A stretch of DNA of 64,000 bases, from contig NIVC01000572.1 of assembly GCA_002269645.1 (NCBI GenBank), forward strand, positions 124,001 to 188,000, read 5' to 3'. Source of the stretch: Macrostomum lignano (Eukaryota). A model generated the notes under the pieces. That model saw only the letters and a program-made list of their open reading frames with translations. It was not told the DNA's origin and did not search any database. Below are positions 1 to 12,741 of the stretch, one piece after another; position 1 is the stretch's first letter, and each line of letters starts with the position of its first letter. Made by a program: the position numbers and the translations under genes.

Positions 1-1380
1 AATACTAGTAATTTCTTATTTTTGTGTCAATCCCTATTGGAATAAGCTGACAATTTGCGGACAAGTGTCCATCATGTTTACAAAAATTTTTTGTGTCATG
101 TTGCACTGGAGTCTTTAGTGGGTAGTGTCGCATCGCGGAGGAGTCATCAAGTAGCTAGTGTCGCATTGCCATCGCAGAGTCCATGGTTTTATAGTAGTGT
201 CGTGACACTGTTGTAGTCGTCAATCGCCACAATTAATGAACATATAGTTAGAAACCATATCTGGGTCTTCATTTTCTAGGTTTTCATTAACATAAATGTC
301 ATTATGTCAAGAGATGAGCTTCTTGTAATTTTTCATTTTATCCTCTTCTTTTTTGTTTCAACTTGCTTTCAAGTCATTTATAATATAACATGTGAATAGA
401 CAATATTTGCTATAGCAGACTTGAAGTTAAAGTTTCTCGTTATCTAGTTTTGATTTAGACATTTTTTGCTAATGACAAACATTGAGAATTGAGTGAACTG
501 AACTCAGATAAAGTGACCGCTGGGCCAGCTTCTAGCTTGCTATAAATTATGAAAAAACAAGTAACAAGTATAATAGGCTCATTCCATATAAGCATGGTCG
601 TAACATGACAGGCTATTTTTACTTATAAAATGAAATATAATAATAGAATTTACTAAACCAATATTTTAAATGAAAGATAATTTTGTCAAAAATATTTTTA
701 TAGAGTTTCATGTAGATATCATCATTAGTATAGATGCTATTAAACCTTGAATGGCACTTATGGTCGTAACAACAGGATTTTTGACATATAGAAACTAAAA
801 GGTAAAAGTCTTATAACATTTTTATTTTTGATATTTTGCAATACATTTTTTTAAATTTGACTCAGAACATCTTTAGAAATCATACTCTTTTTGTAGAATA
901 TATAAACTCAAAAAGGCAACAAAGATACAAAAGAAAAGGCAGCCTTATGGTCGTAACATTATGGTCGTAACATATTTTTTTCTGTCAATTCAGTAACTTT
1001 GAGGTACCAATATATTAAAAATATAATAGATTATTTGGTCACCAATACTTTTATCTGATGATGCAAGTATTATACTTTTATCTACAGTTTGTTTCAACCT
1101 TCCAAAGCTTTCTATTTGTTTTTAAAAGGTACACAAACTTAATGATGTCTTTTGCTTAGAAAAATGTCTATATTTTTACAAAAATGACTTTTTGCCACTT
1201 GATAGCATACTAATCTAACATTTTATCATTCATTTATTCTTAGATTGTAGATATTACACATAAAAAACATTTGGTAAAAAAATTGGCTGATAAGGCAATG
1301 GCAAGCAAAAATATTGACTTTTTTCTATTTTCCAAAAATGTCCATCTTATATGGAATGAGCCAATACTTGTTAGTTACAA

Positions 1381-1870
1381 GGATGGAATTCTTGTATTTC
1401 TTAAGTCAAACGGAATTATGCGATTTTTTTTTATGGCGCGCAAAATATTTTTTTATTGGTCGCATTTTTTATTTTGATACTTAGCACGTCGCAAAATAAC
1501 GAAATAATGAAATAACGAAAGACAATAACGAAAAATGCATTCTAAGAAAATGTAGTGATTTGAATTTTCGTCCAAATACGTATGTTAGAGAATGTTACGA
1601 GTTTCTACTTTTTATAGAATTTTTTCGAATTTTTACTTTTGTGCCTTATTTAGTTTTTACTTTTTATTCTTTTTTTCTTCGTGATCTTAGCAAGTAGGAT
1701 TATCTTTTGCAAAATCCAATATCTCAAGCGCACTTTTGCATATATTAAGAATTAGCAATTTTGTCTGAAATTCTGCGACGCATTTTTTCCGGATTTTTTG
1801 ACGCAAAATCGCATTTTTTTCGCGCAATCACATAACGCATTGTGATTTTTCTGCAAGAATTCCATCCAGG
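1381..1870. mobile_element. MITE-like element (~490 bp) with 14-bp TIR core
   Basis: GGATGGAATTCTTG at 1381-1394 and its reverse complement CAAGAATTCCATCC at 1854-1867. Direct repeat GTTAGTTACAA flanks it at 1370-1380 and 1871-1881 (9-11 bp TSD, Mutator-like). The ends are slightly asymmetric. Confidence 0.5.
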
Positions 1871-2799
1871 GTTAGTTACAATGTGTGCGCTATTTTTTTA
1901 ACTGCTATACCTTTGTTATTTTACTTTGTTTTGTTTTTAAATTTCATTTCTTTTTCTGCAAAATTAAAAGGAATACTCTTGTCCCTTGCTCCATGCTCTT
2001 GGTCTTGGGAGTGAATGGCAGAATGGGAATTGTCAATTTAAGTGAATGCTCTCCCACCTGATCATTTGGCCAATAGACATTGGTGTCGCATCGCCCCCAC
2101 CCCTTTGTCAACAAAATTTAGTGTCACATTGCACTTTTGAGGGCAAAATTTTAGCACCCCTGTCGCACATCTGTGGGTTTTTGAAACTTATTCCAATAGG
2201 GGTTTTAATGTATTTTTGTGTGCAAAAAGTCTATTGGTATATACTTAGCAACATTGAAAAATTGCCACTCTATGCGCAAGTGAGCAATTTCTCTTGGACT
2301 ATTCTAAAATAAAAGATACTAGAAAACTGATTGGGGTTGCTTTAATCTGTCCAACCTTCGCACACTACTCCCCCACTTTATTCTTCAACTCAAGTCTGTC
2401 ATGGCATAGCTGATTTATGTCACTTGCAAAGATTGAGAGACTTCACCTGTACTCTCAAAAGTGGCAACCACAGACGGAATCTTCTGTGATGGCAACTTTT
2501 CAATGTTGCTGAGTATACTTTGGCATACATAAGCTAGGGAAGCAATTTTTATTTTGGTATATACCAATAGTCCAATACACAATCTTGACCCTGATTTATA
2601 TTTAACTAGCTATAACATTAGACTTGTATGCTATTCATTGGTTAAAAAACAAAATGTACTTTATAAAATAAATAGGATTAGGGAGTTTTTATATAATATG
2701 TAGCCTTAAACTGAATATCTTAAGTCTCATTTAAAAATTTAACTTGACAAAAATGAAATGACAAATATTAATTCAAAAATAAAAAAGCTTTTAAGTTAC

Positions 2800-3261
2800 C
2801 TTTAAGTGTTCTACAGACTTAAAGCTGATAATTGCAAAGCCATCAATGATGTCTTCCTTGAAATCAATAAGGAAAGTTGGGAGCATTGACTTTGGAGTGG
2901 AATGATCTTTTGTATCTGTAGCTTCAGCTTCACCAACCATAGGGCTATACTTTGATGGACTTTGCTTGGTACTTGAGGTCTTTTTTATTGTGTCAACGCC
3001 ATCACCAGCTGAAGTTAGGGGCTCACAAGTTGATGGTGATTGATCTGAAGCATAGTTTATTGGATTGTTGGGAAGCTTCTGTAAATATTCAAAACATTTC
3101 TGAGAAGAATTGTATGGTGGAATTTGCTTATTTAAAATATCTTCCGTTGACAAAGGCTTTACATCGCGTAAATCTTTATAGCATTTTGAGCTACCTGACT
3201 TGTGACTATCATCAACACCATTGCTCGTCTGACCAGAATTTAAAGCATGCTTGCTATCCAT
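2800..3261 (-). CDS. AUTS2: 5' coding exon of an AUTS2/FBRSL1/tay-bridge family gene (continues toward lower coordinates; the remaining exons were not identified)
   Basis: The ORF from ATG 3261 (MDSKH...) ends in EDIIDGFAIISFKSVEHLK, matching the family N-terminal motif E-D-I-I-D-G-F-A-x-x-S-F as I recall it. It is immediately followed by a phase-0 donor AAG|GTAACT at 2800/2799. The rest is low-complexity S/T/K-rich sequence, as expected for this family. Confidence 0.6.
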
Positions 3262-3477
3262 ACTGCAATTTTTGCAGGAAGGATACAAAGCCTTCACTAG
3301 CACAAACTAATGTAATACTATGCAAAAATATGCATAGTTAAGTACCTACTAACTAACAGGAAGGCGTCAAGCTTTACTATGAAATATTTACTATTAACTA
3401 CAGAAGCCAAACTATTTAAGTGAACAAAGAAATTACAGCAAAATGTTTTCTACGAAAAAAATCTATTTTGCAAAAAG

Positions 3478-3857
3478 GGGTCTCCCTAAAACACGCACCG
3501 CCCCGCCCCGAACCGCTACACATTATAACATTTTTTGTCAACGCAGTATTTGATTGCAAAGAAAACTATTTGTTGTACAAGTAATGGAATAAATATCTTT
3601 AATTAATATTATAAATATTGTTATTGTTTTTTATATTCTCGTTTTCATTATTAAATTATATTATTATTTTTTATTAATTATTATTAATAATATCACTTAT
3701 TATTCACCGAATTTTATATTTCCTAGTAAAAAAACTTAATTTAATAAAAAATTTGAAGCTTAACAGAAAACGCATTTTGAAGTGTCTTCAGTTATAGTCC
3801 AATTTGTTTTAATGTGTAGCGCTGCAGGGCGGTGCGGGGCGTGTTTTAGGGAGACCC
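3478..3857. mobile_element. Mutator-type MITE, 380 bp
   Basis: ~48-bp imperfect TIRs (GGGTCTCCCTAAAACACG...GCTACACATTA and its reverse complement). Perfect 9-bp TSD TGCAAAAAG at 3469-3477 and 3858-3866. AT-rich non-coding interior. Confidence 0.85.
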
Positions 3858-4545
3858 TGCAAAAAGGGTAAATTAAAAAAATGACAAATACTTTAACAAA
3901 GTACTAAGTAAAATGTCTTGTGTGGGGTACTATACACAGATTAAGATTGTCTGTATTAAAAAATTAATTTTTCAAAGTATTTCTATTATAGTGCATTTGA
4001 ATACTAAAACTTCTTAACTTTGGGTTGCTACCGTCCAAGTCTGGTTCAGAACCGGAATTTTTTGGTAATCATATGCAAGTCTCCCTGGTCGTATACATAC
4101 AGCTACTACTTGTATACAATATGCTCGTACATCTATAGCTCCCTACAATATTTTTGGTACCAGAGGGCCTTGTTTTTGTTGTTGTTAAACGGGGAGAGCC
4201 ATGCAGACTATATATGCCTAGCGCGCGGATATCACCCCTAAAAAGCTCTCTCGGACCGCTTAACCAATTTCCAATATTTTTTAGAGCTGGGAAGTGAAAA
4301 AGCCTTGAGGCTCACAGCGCTATTAGGAGGGTTAATCCCAGAGCTCCTGATTAGGAGACTCGCCCTTGGTAGATAGGCTGCCCAGACTCGACCGCTCCAT
4401 CTAAAGCCTTTCCGTAGTGACTTTAGGGTAGGAATTGCAATCCGGCCGGGACCTCAAATCCCGGGACTAATTTTTGTTAATATTTTTACAAAAAGTGCTG
4501 TAATATAAACATAATTAGGCCCACAACTAGTTTTTTAAAATAATT

Positions 4546-4767
4546 TGTTGTAAAAATAACAATTAAGAATGAGCACGGTGCTCGGGCCAGTGGCCTCCTG
4601 ACTGATATATATTTGCTGTCTAGCTGGGCAGTCTACAAGTACGTAGCCGCCCTCACAAGTGCGTACATAGGAAAAGACTGACGGAGAGGGGTGGTTATAG
4701 GCTAATAATAAAAATCGATAATAGAGTTAACCACTCCATTAGCATGCATGCACCAAAGAACGCGACA
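4546..4767 (-). repeat. 3' LTR of the BEL element
   Basis: Identical to 11156-11377. Preceded on the minus strand by the polypurine tract GGGGGAG (4768-4774). Confidence 0.95.
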
Positions 4768-5195
4768 CTCCCCCAAAAATGGGAAGCATTTTTCTCAGAA
4801 ATTAATCTTCGAATATTAACACCAATTTTGAAAATACTCGTATATTTGGTGTAACTATGGTGAAATCAATTGAAATGAGATATTTGAGTGAATTAATTAA
4901 ATTTAACAATAACCGAAACGAACGATTCTCAAGGAAAAAGCGGATAAACTAATTTGGACTTTACTATAATATGTCAATTCGAAACGGGATGGAAAATGAA
5001 ACCCAATTACCGGAAAAAATGACGAGAATTGCAAAAACTCAAAAAACGCTAAACGCAAACGCAGAAAAAAAACAACGCAATTTAACATAATCAACCAAAT
5101 CAACCAAACAGACTATCGATATAACGACGAAAGTTGAAAATTCAGTAGCGAAGCCAAACGCAAAAAACGAGCTGAACAGCGAACAAAAAAATGAC

Positions 5196-8100
5196 TTAAG
5201 ACTGAATCTCTAGCGGCACCAAAGCTTGACTGGTCTCCTCACCCGCTCCCAGCGCCGGGAATTCCCAGCACCGGACACTCGGACGACCGCCGAACGGACT
5301 GCACCGTCACGGCCAACGCGAATCTCTTCAACCAAACCAAGCCTCCACCTCAGCCTCGGCTGGTGGACTTCTCCAACGAGCAGAACCATTTCACCGACAC
5401 GTGGCACACGACCTTCAGGATGGTCCTTCAAAGCTTTTTCACGAAGCGCCTGAAGATAGGCTGTTTTCCACTGGTGCCAAAACCAATCTAGTGCAGCTCT
5501 GAGCATCTTTAATCTTCTTGGAAGTGGCAGCAACGACTCACCATCATTCTCAACCCCGCCAGATTCTTGAGTGAGTCGTCCGGCTGCAATAAAGTGCGAC
5601 GGTGTGATAACCTCGGTGCTGTCATCAGATGACACATACAGCAGCGGCCGACAGTTCACCACTGCTTCGGTCTCAAGCACCAGAGTCACTAACTGATCAA
5701 AGTCTAGGAGTTGACGTTTTGCTGCTTTCTTAAGTGACATCTTCACTAATCCAATGAGCCTCTCCCAGAAACCTCCCCACCACGGGGCTCGCTCAGGAAT
5801 GAAATGCCAGCTGATCTTCCTGGATGAACAAAACGCCTGCAAGTCTTCGGAAATTTGCGCACCAATTAATTTAGCTCCGGCTCGAAAGGTGCGTGCGTTG
5901 TCACTGACTACAGATGGTATCCCTCTTCGAGCAATAAAACGCCTAAGGGCGTGTAGCATTTGATCACAATCCATGCTTCTCACGACCTCTAAATGAACTG
6001 CCCTAGTTGCAGAGCATGTGAAAAGAAGAACATAGGACTTCTTGTTCTCTCCCGCACCCTCCCCCGTCCGATATATGATCGGACCAGCATAATCAAGGCC
6101 AACTGTCTGAAACGCCCGAATGCTGGACAACCGAAACCGGGGAAGTTGCGGAACTGACCGCACCGAAAATGGACATCCTTGAAGCATCTTACATGTCACA
6201 CAACCTGCTAAAACCTGCCTGACGCGCTGTCTGGCCTTTAAAATCCAGAACCGCTCTCTGATTTTGCACAACGTCGCAGGAACACCACCATGGAAAACTG
6301 CGCTGTGGCAGTGGCGGATAAGCAGCTGCTCAATCGGATGTTTCGGTGGGATTAAGACTGGGTTGTTCGTTTCGAATGGCACCGCATCCTGAAGACGACC
6401 ACCCGATCGAACAAGACCGTCCTCACCGAGAACCAAGTTCAAGTCACGGATCAAGGCCGTGCGATGCCCAGCACCCTGAAGATGCTGAATTTCAGGATCT
6501 AACGCGGAAGCTTGCACTGCTCGCAACAAGGAATTCTCCGCTTCCTGAACTTCGATGGCTGACAAATCAGACGGATCATTTAACCTTCGTTCCGCCGCAG
6601 ATCTGCGCGCATTGCGAACAAAGCGATGAACCCAACCGAGCACGAGCGTCATCCTGATCCACGAAGAGAAAGGCTGGATATCAAAAACCTTGAGCAGCGT
6701 GCCTGCTCTTGCGCGCTCGCGCACCTGTGAGCCAACTGAGGGCATAGCTAGAGCCTCCCCACGTGACTTCTGAGTCTCCACCCGAGATTCATAATCGGCT
6801 TGCAGCATTTCACAGTCGTTTTGTGACTCTGCCGTGGACGATGGCTTGCCTGGAAAATCGAAGGTGTCACTGAAACTGCTTCCCACTTGACGAAGAAACT
6901 CTGGCCCGTTCAGCCACAACGCGTTCTCCATCAGCCTGTTCGGCAAGCACCCCCGCGATGGAAGATCCGCGGGATTGACAGCTCCGGGAATGTGCCGCCA
7001 CTCGCTGACGTCGGTTAATCGCCGTATTTCTGTAACCCGGTTCTGAACGAATACTTGGCGCAGCTTTGACTCGCACTTTATCCACTGCAAAGTATTCGAA
7101 CTGTCGGTCCACAGGAACCGCTGAACCCCGGGAAGCTGTATAGATACGAAGCTTATCAACCGAGATAATATCAAGGCTCCAAGAAGTTCGAGTCTGGAGA
7201 TACTAACGGGTACCAGCGGAGCTACCCTAGATTTTGCGATCAGCAGGTGAGTTGAAACACTGTGGTGCTTTGTATCCACAACCCGCAGATAAACAACCGC
7301 TGCATATGCCCGTTCACTGGCATCGGAAAACCCGTGAAGCTGCAGTTTACAAAGGTGCGTGTCCGCTTCCCGAGGAATGACACACCGTGGAATTTCCAGA
7401 CAAGTGACTCTCAGCGAGCTCAGCCACCCCACCCACTGTGTAGCGATACCCAGGGGAAGGCGGTCGTCCCACTGAACTTTCTCCTTGCAGAGCTGCTGAA
7501 ACCAAGCCTTAACCATTACAATGGCGGGAGTCATGAACCCAAGGGGATCAAAAACCCTGGCTAAAACCGCAAGCATGAGTCTCTTCGACGGAATTTCGTC
7601 GCCGACGGAGTTTAGCATTTTCGAAAATTCTAGGCGAAAAATGTCCCCTCCAGCCTCCCATGGAATGCCAAGAACCTTCTGGGCGCTCCCTACGTCCGCA
7701 GCAGGTAGAACCTCCATAAACTCTTTCGAGTTGGACTGCCACTGCCGCATGTTCATGCCAGCCATGGCGAAAATCTGTTTCGTCTGAGTGTAAAACTCTA
7801 CCGCCTCACTAGGCGAGTCGCAGCAAGTGACTAAATTGTCAACGTACAAGCTGTGCTTGAGAGTTCCCACAACTTCCGGAAAACGTTTTTGAAGCAGCTC
7901 AAGATGCTGCGAAATCGTGGCCTGCAGAATGCCAGGCGAGCATGAAAGACCGAACGGAACTCTACAGAATCTGTATTGCACGACTTGCCGCGGTTCCCCA
8001 ATGCGACCTTGAGTCCAAAGAAATCGAAGTGCGTCGCGGTCGATTGGATCGATGCCGATTTGCAGAAATGCCTTCTCAATGTCCGCCAGCACAGCAATTG

Positions 8101-10711
8101 GCTTGAGGCGGAACCGGACAAGCAGCTGGGGAATCAGCGGAAATTTTGCTGGTCCCGTCAGGAGAAAATCATTAATCGAGAAGTCGGTACTGTTTGCCTT
8201 TGCGGATCCATCGAAAACCATGCGAAGCTTTGTATGCTCGCTATCTGACTTTGAGACGCAACTGTGCGGTAGGTAATGAATGATTGCAGCTGGCTGGGCG
8301 CTTTCAGTGGTTAGGACCTTCTCTATAATACCCAGATTTTCCTGCTCGGCGAGGATTCCATCACACTGAGCCAACTTAGCTGGATTGCGCTCTAAGTGGC
8401 GCATACTCGACCTTAACCGATGTGCTGCCAGATCAAAGTGATCCCGTAATTCAATCGCCTCTTTGGCATAGGCCCACGGCAACTGCACCGAATAGCGACC
8501 CTCGAGAAGCTGTGCATTGCACGGAAAATCTTCCGCCGCAGCAGGTCGCGGATCGTCAAGAATTCCTATCGAATCCAGCCTCCACAGTGCCGTGAAATCC
8601 TGGCTGTCAGCAACCACCAAATCCGAGCCGCCACTGGCAAAGCAGCACACCGCCGGCGTGCTGGTGCAGGCTCCTTCGCTGACCGACTGACCCTCATCCA
8701 AGCCATCGACGCGACTCCGAGTATTTACTGTCAGCGGCCCACACAGAAGATATCCTAGCTTCGAAGAGATGGCGACCGGGCCGTGAAGTCCACGAATAAT
8801 CTCATCACCAACTATCTGATAGTAAAAGTCCGAGCCAATCAAGATTGAAATCGGAGTGCTCCCATCGCGCGGATCAAACGGATCTGCAAGATCAAGAGAG
8901 CGCAGGTGCTCAAACTCATTCACCCTGACTGAACGCTGAGGTTGGCAAATGGTTTTCACCACATTAGCTTTCAGATCAATGACCTCAAATGAATCAACTT
9001 TCCGAATTGAGAACCCAACACTCCCAGACTGTAGTGTCGTGTTCAATCCCGCGAAAGTGGACACGCATAACGTCTCTGTGGAAGCAGCTCCGAGACCCAT
9101 AGCCTCACACACATCCTGCCGGATGTAGCTTCGGTTACTGGCAGTGTCGTGGAGAAGGCGCACCATCATTTCTTTGCGGCCATCTGAACTGATAAGGATA
9201 GCCTTGGCCACTGGCAGCGCCACTGATGGATTTCCCGATATAAACATGGACATGACAACCGAACCGTCGCTGTCCATTCTGGCCAACTCTTGCGGTGAGT
9301 TTGCCTCCGCGATCCTCGATTCCGTGCCGTCCTGAAGCTGCGGAACATCAGGAGCCGCTGCGGTAAGACATTGATTGCGTGGAATCGTGACTTGTTTCTG
9401 GCGTGGCTGTGTAGGCTCTGCCTTGGCCTTGTTAGCTTTGCCTGTTGGCTGGCTGTGCGAGTTACTCTGAAAGCAGAGACTGACGTGATGCCTACCTGAG
9501 CAGATTTGGCACCTTATGGGATCGCGACACTTCGGGACCCTATGCCCTTGCCGCAAGCATCGAAAACAACGCTGCTCGCTGGCTAAGCATTCACGTCTTT
9601 CCTTGACTGTCGAAACCCGATTGCAGCTCTCTGGCGAGTGCGACTCTTTGCAATAGGGGCAAGAGTGTTTCGAATCGGACTCGGCAGCCTTCGGTGGCAC
9701 CACCACCAAGGTGGATGCCATCGACATTGGAGTCTTTGGCGTCGACTTTGAGTCAGTGTTCGAACCGTGTTGAGAACTTGATTTTGCACCCCAATGATTT
9801 CCAGCACTCTCACGCACTTCTATTTCGCTTTTCAGCAGCTGCAAAAAACTACCGAGCGTGGAAATGCTTCCACCCTGAAGCTGAGCCGCTCGAAAGCAGA
9901 TCGAGGCGAAAACTCGCCGGGCATCTCCCCAGTAATGTTGGAACTAGAAGAGATTGATAGGAGCTAGCATAGACCCCCTGGGATTCTAGACTCCGCATGT
10001 TAGCCGAGATATCATCGTGAAACTGCTGCAGGCACCTCAATGAGGTGTCCTGCAAGCGCAGCTCAGAGATCCGGTGCATTAAATCTCTGACAATAACTTC
10101 AGACTTGCCATAACGCTCTGTTAGAATTTCAACAGCTATACCATAATTTAAAGACGTTACAGAAAGTCCCCTAATGCATGATTTGACAGAGTCTGATAGA
10201 GCACTTAGGAGATAATTGAACTTGTCGATATCTGCAAGCGTGGAGCTCTTATGGACCGATGACTCAAACTGATCCCAGAAAGACTGCCACGTTGCAATCT
10301 CCCCGTGAAAATCGGGAGCTGTCTCTTTGGAAGCTTTACCTGCGTAGAGACAAGGCCAGGTGTACCTGTAGCCGAATTCGCCGCAGCGGCAAAGTTTTCA
10401 TGCCGTTGAACGGCTTCAGTCAACTTCTTGATGCAACTAATGCACCTTAATGAGTAAGCCTGATTCTCTTCCTGTTCCCTGTCCAGCTGGTCTTCCTCAA
10501 CAGACTCCTCAATAGCCTCATCCAATTGATGCAAAGCTTCCAGCTTAGGACTAAGGATGTCGATGTACGTAGCAGCTTCTATCCGGTTGAACACTCTTCC
10601 TGGACCACCTAGCAGAGTTTCCTCAGCCTTAGCTATAGCTTTTGTAATCGCCGAACGGATTCCTGCCCGTTTCCGAACAGCTGCAGCCAGCTCATCTCCA
10701 CTGAGAACCAT
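5196..10711 (-). CDS. BEL/Pao gag-pol polyprotein (~1838 aa once three single-base homopolymer indels at ~10301-10304, ~9873-9875 and ~5221-5223 are corrected)
   Basis: Gag: KLPKRQLPIFTG/EIATWQSFWDQFES (DUF1759-like) and three Cys-His knuckles (CPYCKESHSPESC, CFRCLRQGHRVPKC, CQICSGRHHVSLC). Protease: LHDTASNRSYI. RT: YLPH, LADIEKAFLQI, VPFGLSCSP, YVDN. Pao RNase H: LHGFSDASERAYAAVVYLR. Integrase: HHCC, GLDYAGP and a DD35E region. C-terminal FWHQWKTAYL; corrected end RPVKLLVPLEIQS*. Confidence 0.93.
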
Positions 10712-11144
10712 GACGGACGACCGGAAGGAGCAAAGAATGCAAGAAAACCCCGGCGCCAATGAGCAGAGCGAGTCGACCAGCTCAAACCAGAAACAAAGAA
10801 GAAACACGAACTATTACAACTAATTAAAGGCAGGAAGCATGAAAAACAGAGGCAATCAACACGGAATCAGAGAAACCGAAAAATAAGCAACCGTAATAAC
10901 AGAACAAACAGAAATTAACTTTAACTGAACTTAGCGAAATTCTCAATAGTGAGTGAAGGAAGCACGCTGATCTAGTAATATCCAGCCGCGGCCGCTGCTC
11001 ATCGTCAGGACAGGCAGATGCTACTGCTCCAGAATGCGAACCAGCCGTGGCTTGCAGCGTTAGAGTAAAGCGATTCTTGCAGTCGTAGCCTTAACTGAAG
11101 TCGCTTGTTAGAAAGCCGCTAAGGTAAAATAGAATATTTTTTCA

Positions 11145-11155
11145 TTCGGGCGCCA
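11145..11155 (-). promoter_or_regulatory. Primer-binding site, tRNA-Lys type
   Basis: TGGCGCCCGAA directly follows the 5' LTR on the minus strand and is complementary to the 3' end of tRNA-Lys(UUU). Confidence 0.75.
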
Positions 11156-11377
11156 TGTTGTAAAAATAACAATTAAGAATGAGCACGGTGCTCGGGCCAG
11201 TGGCCTCCTGACTGATATATATTTGCTGTCTAGCTGGGCAGTCTACAAGTACGTAGCCGCCCTCACAAGTGCGTACATAGGAAAAGACTGACGGAGAGGG
11301 GTGGTTATAGGCTAATAATAAAAATCGATAATAGAGTTAACCACTCCATTAGCATGCATGCACCAAAGAACGCGACA
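11156..11377 (-). repeat. 5' LTR of the BEL element
   Basis: Identical to 4546-4767 and adjacent to the PBS. Confidence 0.95.
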
Positions 11378-12741
11378 TATACTGCGCTAATTTCCGTTAA
11401 TTGCCTCACGTCGTGTGGCACCTTTTTAAACCCTGCATCACAGATTACAATGTGAAATTAATTCCAATTTAAATTTTGATATGATTTGCTTCTTTACTAC
11501 TAATTAGTACATTTATACTACTTACTTCAATAGGTCACAAGATAATGCTGTTTATCATCTACAAATAGATCATTATCTCTATAACAATAAAAAAGTAAGC
11601 AAAAAAGCGTTTAGCGCATATTTTGCCTTAAAATTTCAACCTAGAAGCATAAAAATCTGTAGTATTATTCTGATCCCGGGATCACAAAAATCCGGGATTT
11701 TGCAATCCCTACTTTAGGGTTTCCCCACTCTCCCGACGACTTTGGAGTTTAGACCGCTTTCTAAACTCCAATCTTTTTGCGCGCACTCCCGGGTTTTGTC
11801 TGCTGGGGGGTGGCCTGGGTGGACTCGGTGCTAGCACCGTCCCTGATTCCACTTTGGGTTGGCGGTGTCTTAGTAGTCCATAGGTTAGAGCTAGTAGCCC
11901 CAATTAGGCATGTCCAGGCCTTGAGTCCTGGTCCCAATCGTGGCCTCTCGGGCTATATGCTACTGCTGGCAGTATGGCCCACAGATAAATCCAGCGGCAG
12001 AGCCCTACTTAGCAGACAAGTCTTAATTTGGGAGTGCGCACGAAAAAAGGTTTGAAAAGCTTAGTAATTGCTACTTAGAGCAGTCCGAGAGCGAGGAAAC
12101 CCCAGAAGTCTACGGAAAAGCAAGGGTTAGGAATTTAGGAATTTGGCTGGAAGGCTTGTTTCCAAGGGCGAGTCTCCTATCAATAGGTAACTTTGCAAAC
12201 CCTCCTATAGGGCTGCAAGCCACAAGGGTATCAGCTATCCGGCTTTAGATTGGAGGCCAGGCCAAGGGGTCGGGAAAGGGGCACAAGGCGCAAGAGGACC
12301 CGGACTCAGCCGGTAATTATAAATATATGCATGCATGTGGATTGTGTTCACCATACGCTCGTATATGTGTGTACGCTCGTAATTTTACTTTATAGTTCAC
12401 GTAGGCTACGCTTTTGGTGCCACGGAAATGTACATTATATACATGTACATATATATACAGGTAGTAGATTAAAAATACACGCCTGTACTACTGTAAGATT
12501 GCAAAGCTGAAGGTTCATGTAATGTTATTGTATCGGTACATAATTGTAGCTGTATTAGCGTAACCACGTGTTCATACACATATCTTTTGTGGCACAAACT
12601 GATGAATTACCACAGACAGTGTATCGGTATTATATTTAAAATGAACGTAAATAAAAAATAAAGCATTTCCACTATTGTTGGAATCATTAACGCAACCTCT
12701 CTCTGGCTAACAGATTTTGGTGTACAAGGGCGAATTAGAAA

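Larger units (their letters stand above)
4546..11377 (-). mobile_element. Full-length BEL/Pao LTR retrotransposon (6832 bp)
   Basis: Two 222-bp LTRs (4546-4767, 11156-11377), TG...CA, identical by eye. PBS and PPT are present. Gag-PR-RT-RH-IN polyprotein in BEL domain order. Confidence 0.97.
4429..11711. mobile_element. hAT-type MITE (~450 bp: 4429-4545 plus 11378-11711) split by the BEL insertion
   Basis: TIRs TAGGAATTGCAA and TTGCAATCCCTA (11/12 match) with subterminal CCCGGGA repeats. Perfect 8-bp TSD CTTTAGGG at 4421-4428 and 11712-11719. Confidence 0.8.

Noticed and set aside
5226-9957. Plus-strand and alternative-frame ORFs overlapping the BEL pol
   Set aside because: Antisense shadows of a GC-rich coding region with no motifs.
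9870-10305. Programmed ribosomal frameshifting in BEL gag
   Set aside because: No X XXY YYZ slippery site was seen, the shifts fall within DUF1759-like gag, and all are homopolymer indels.
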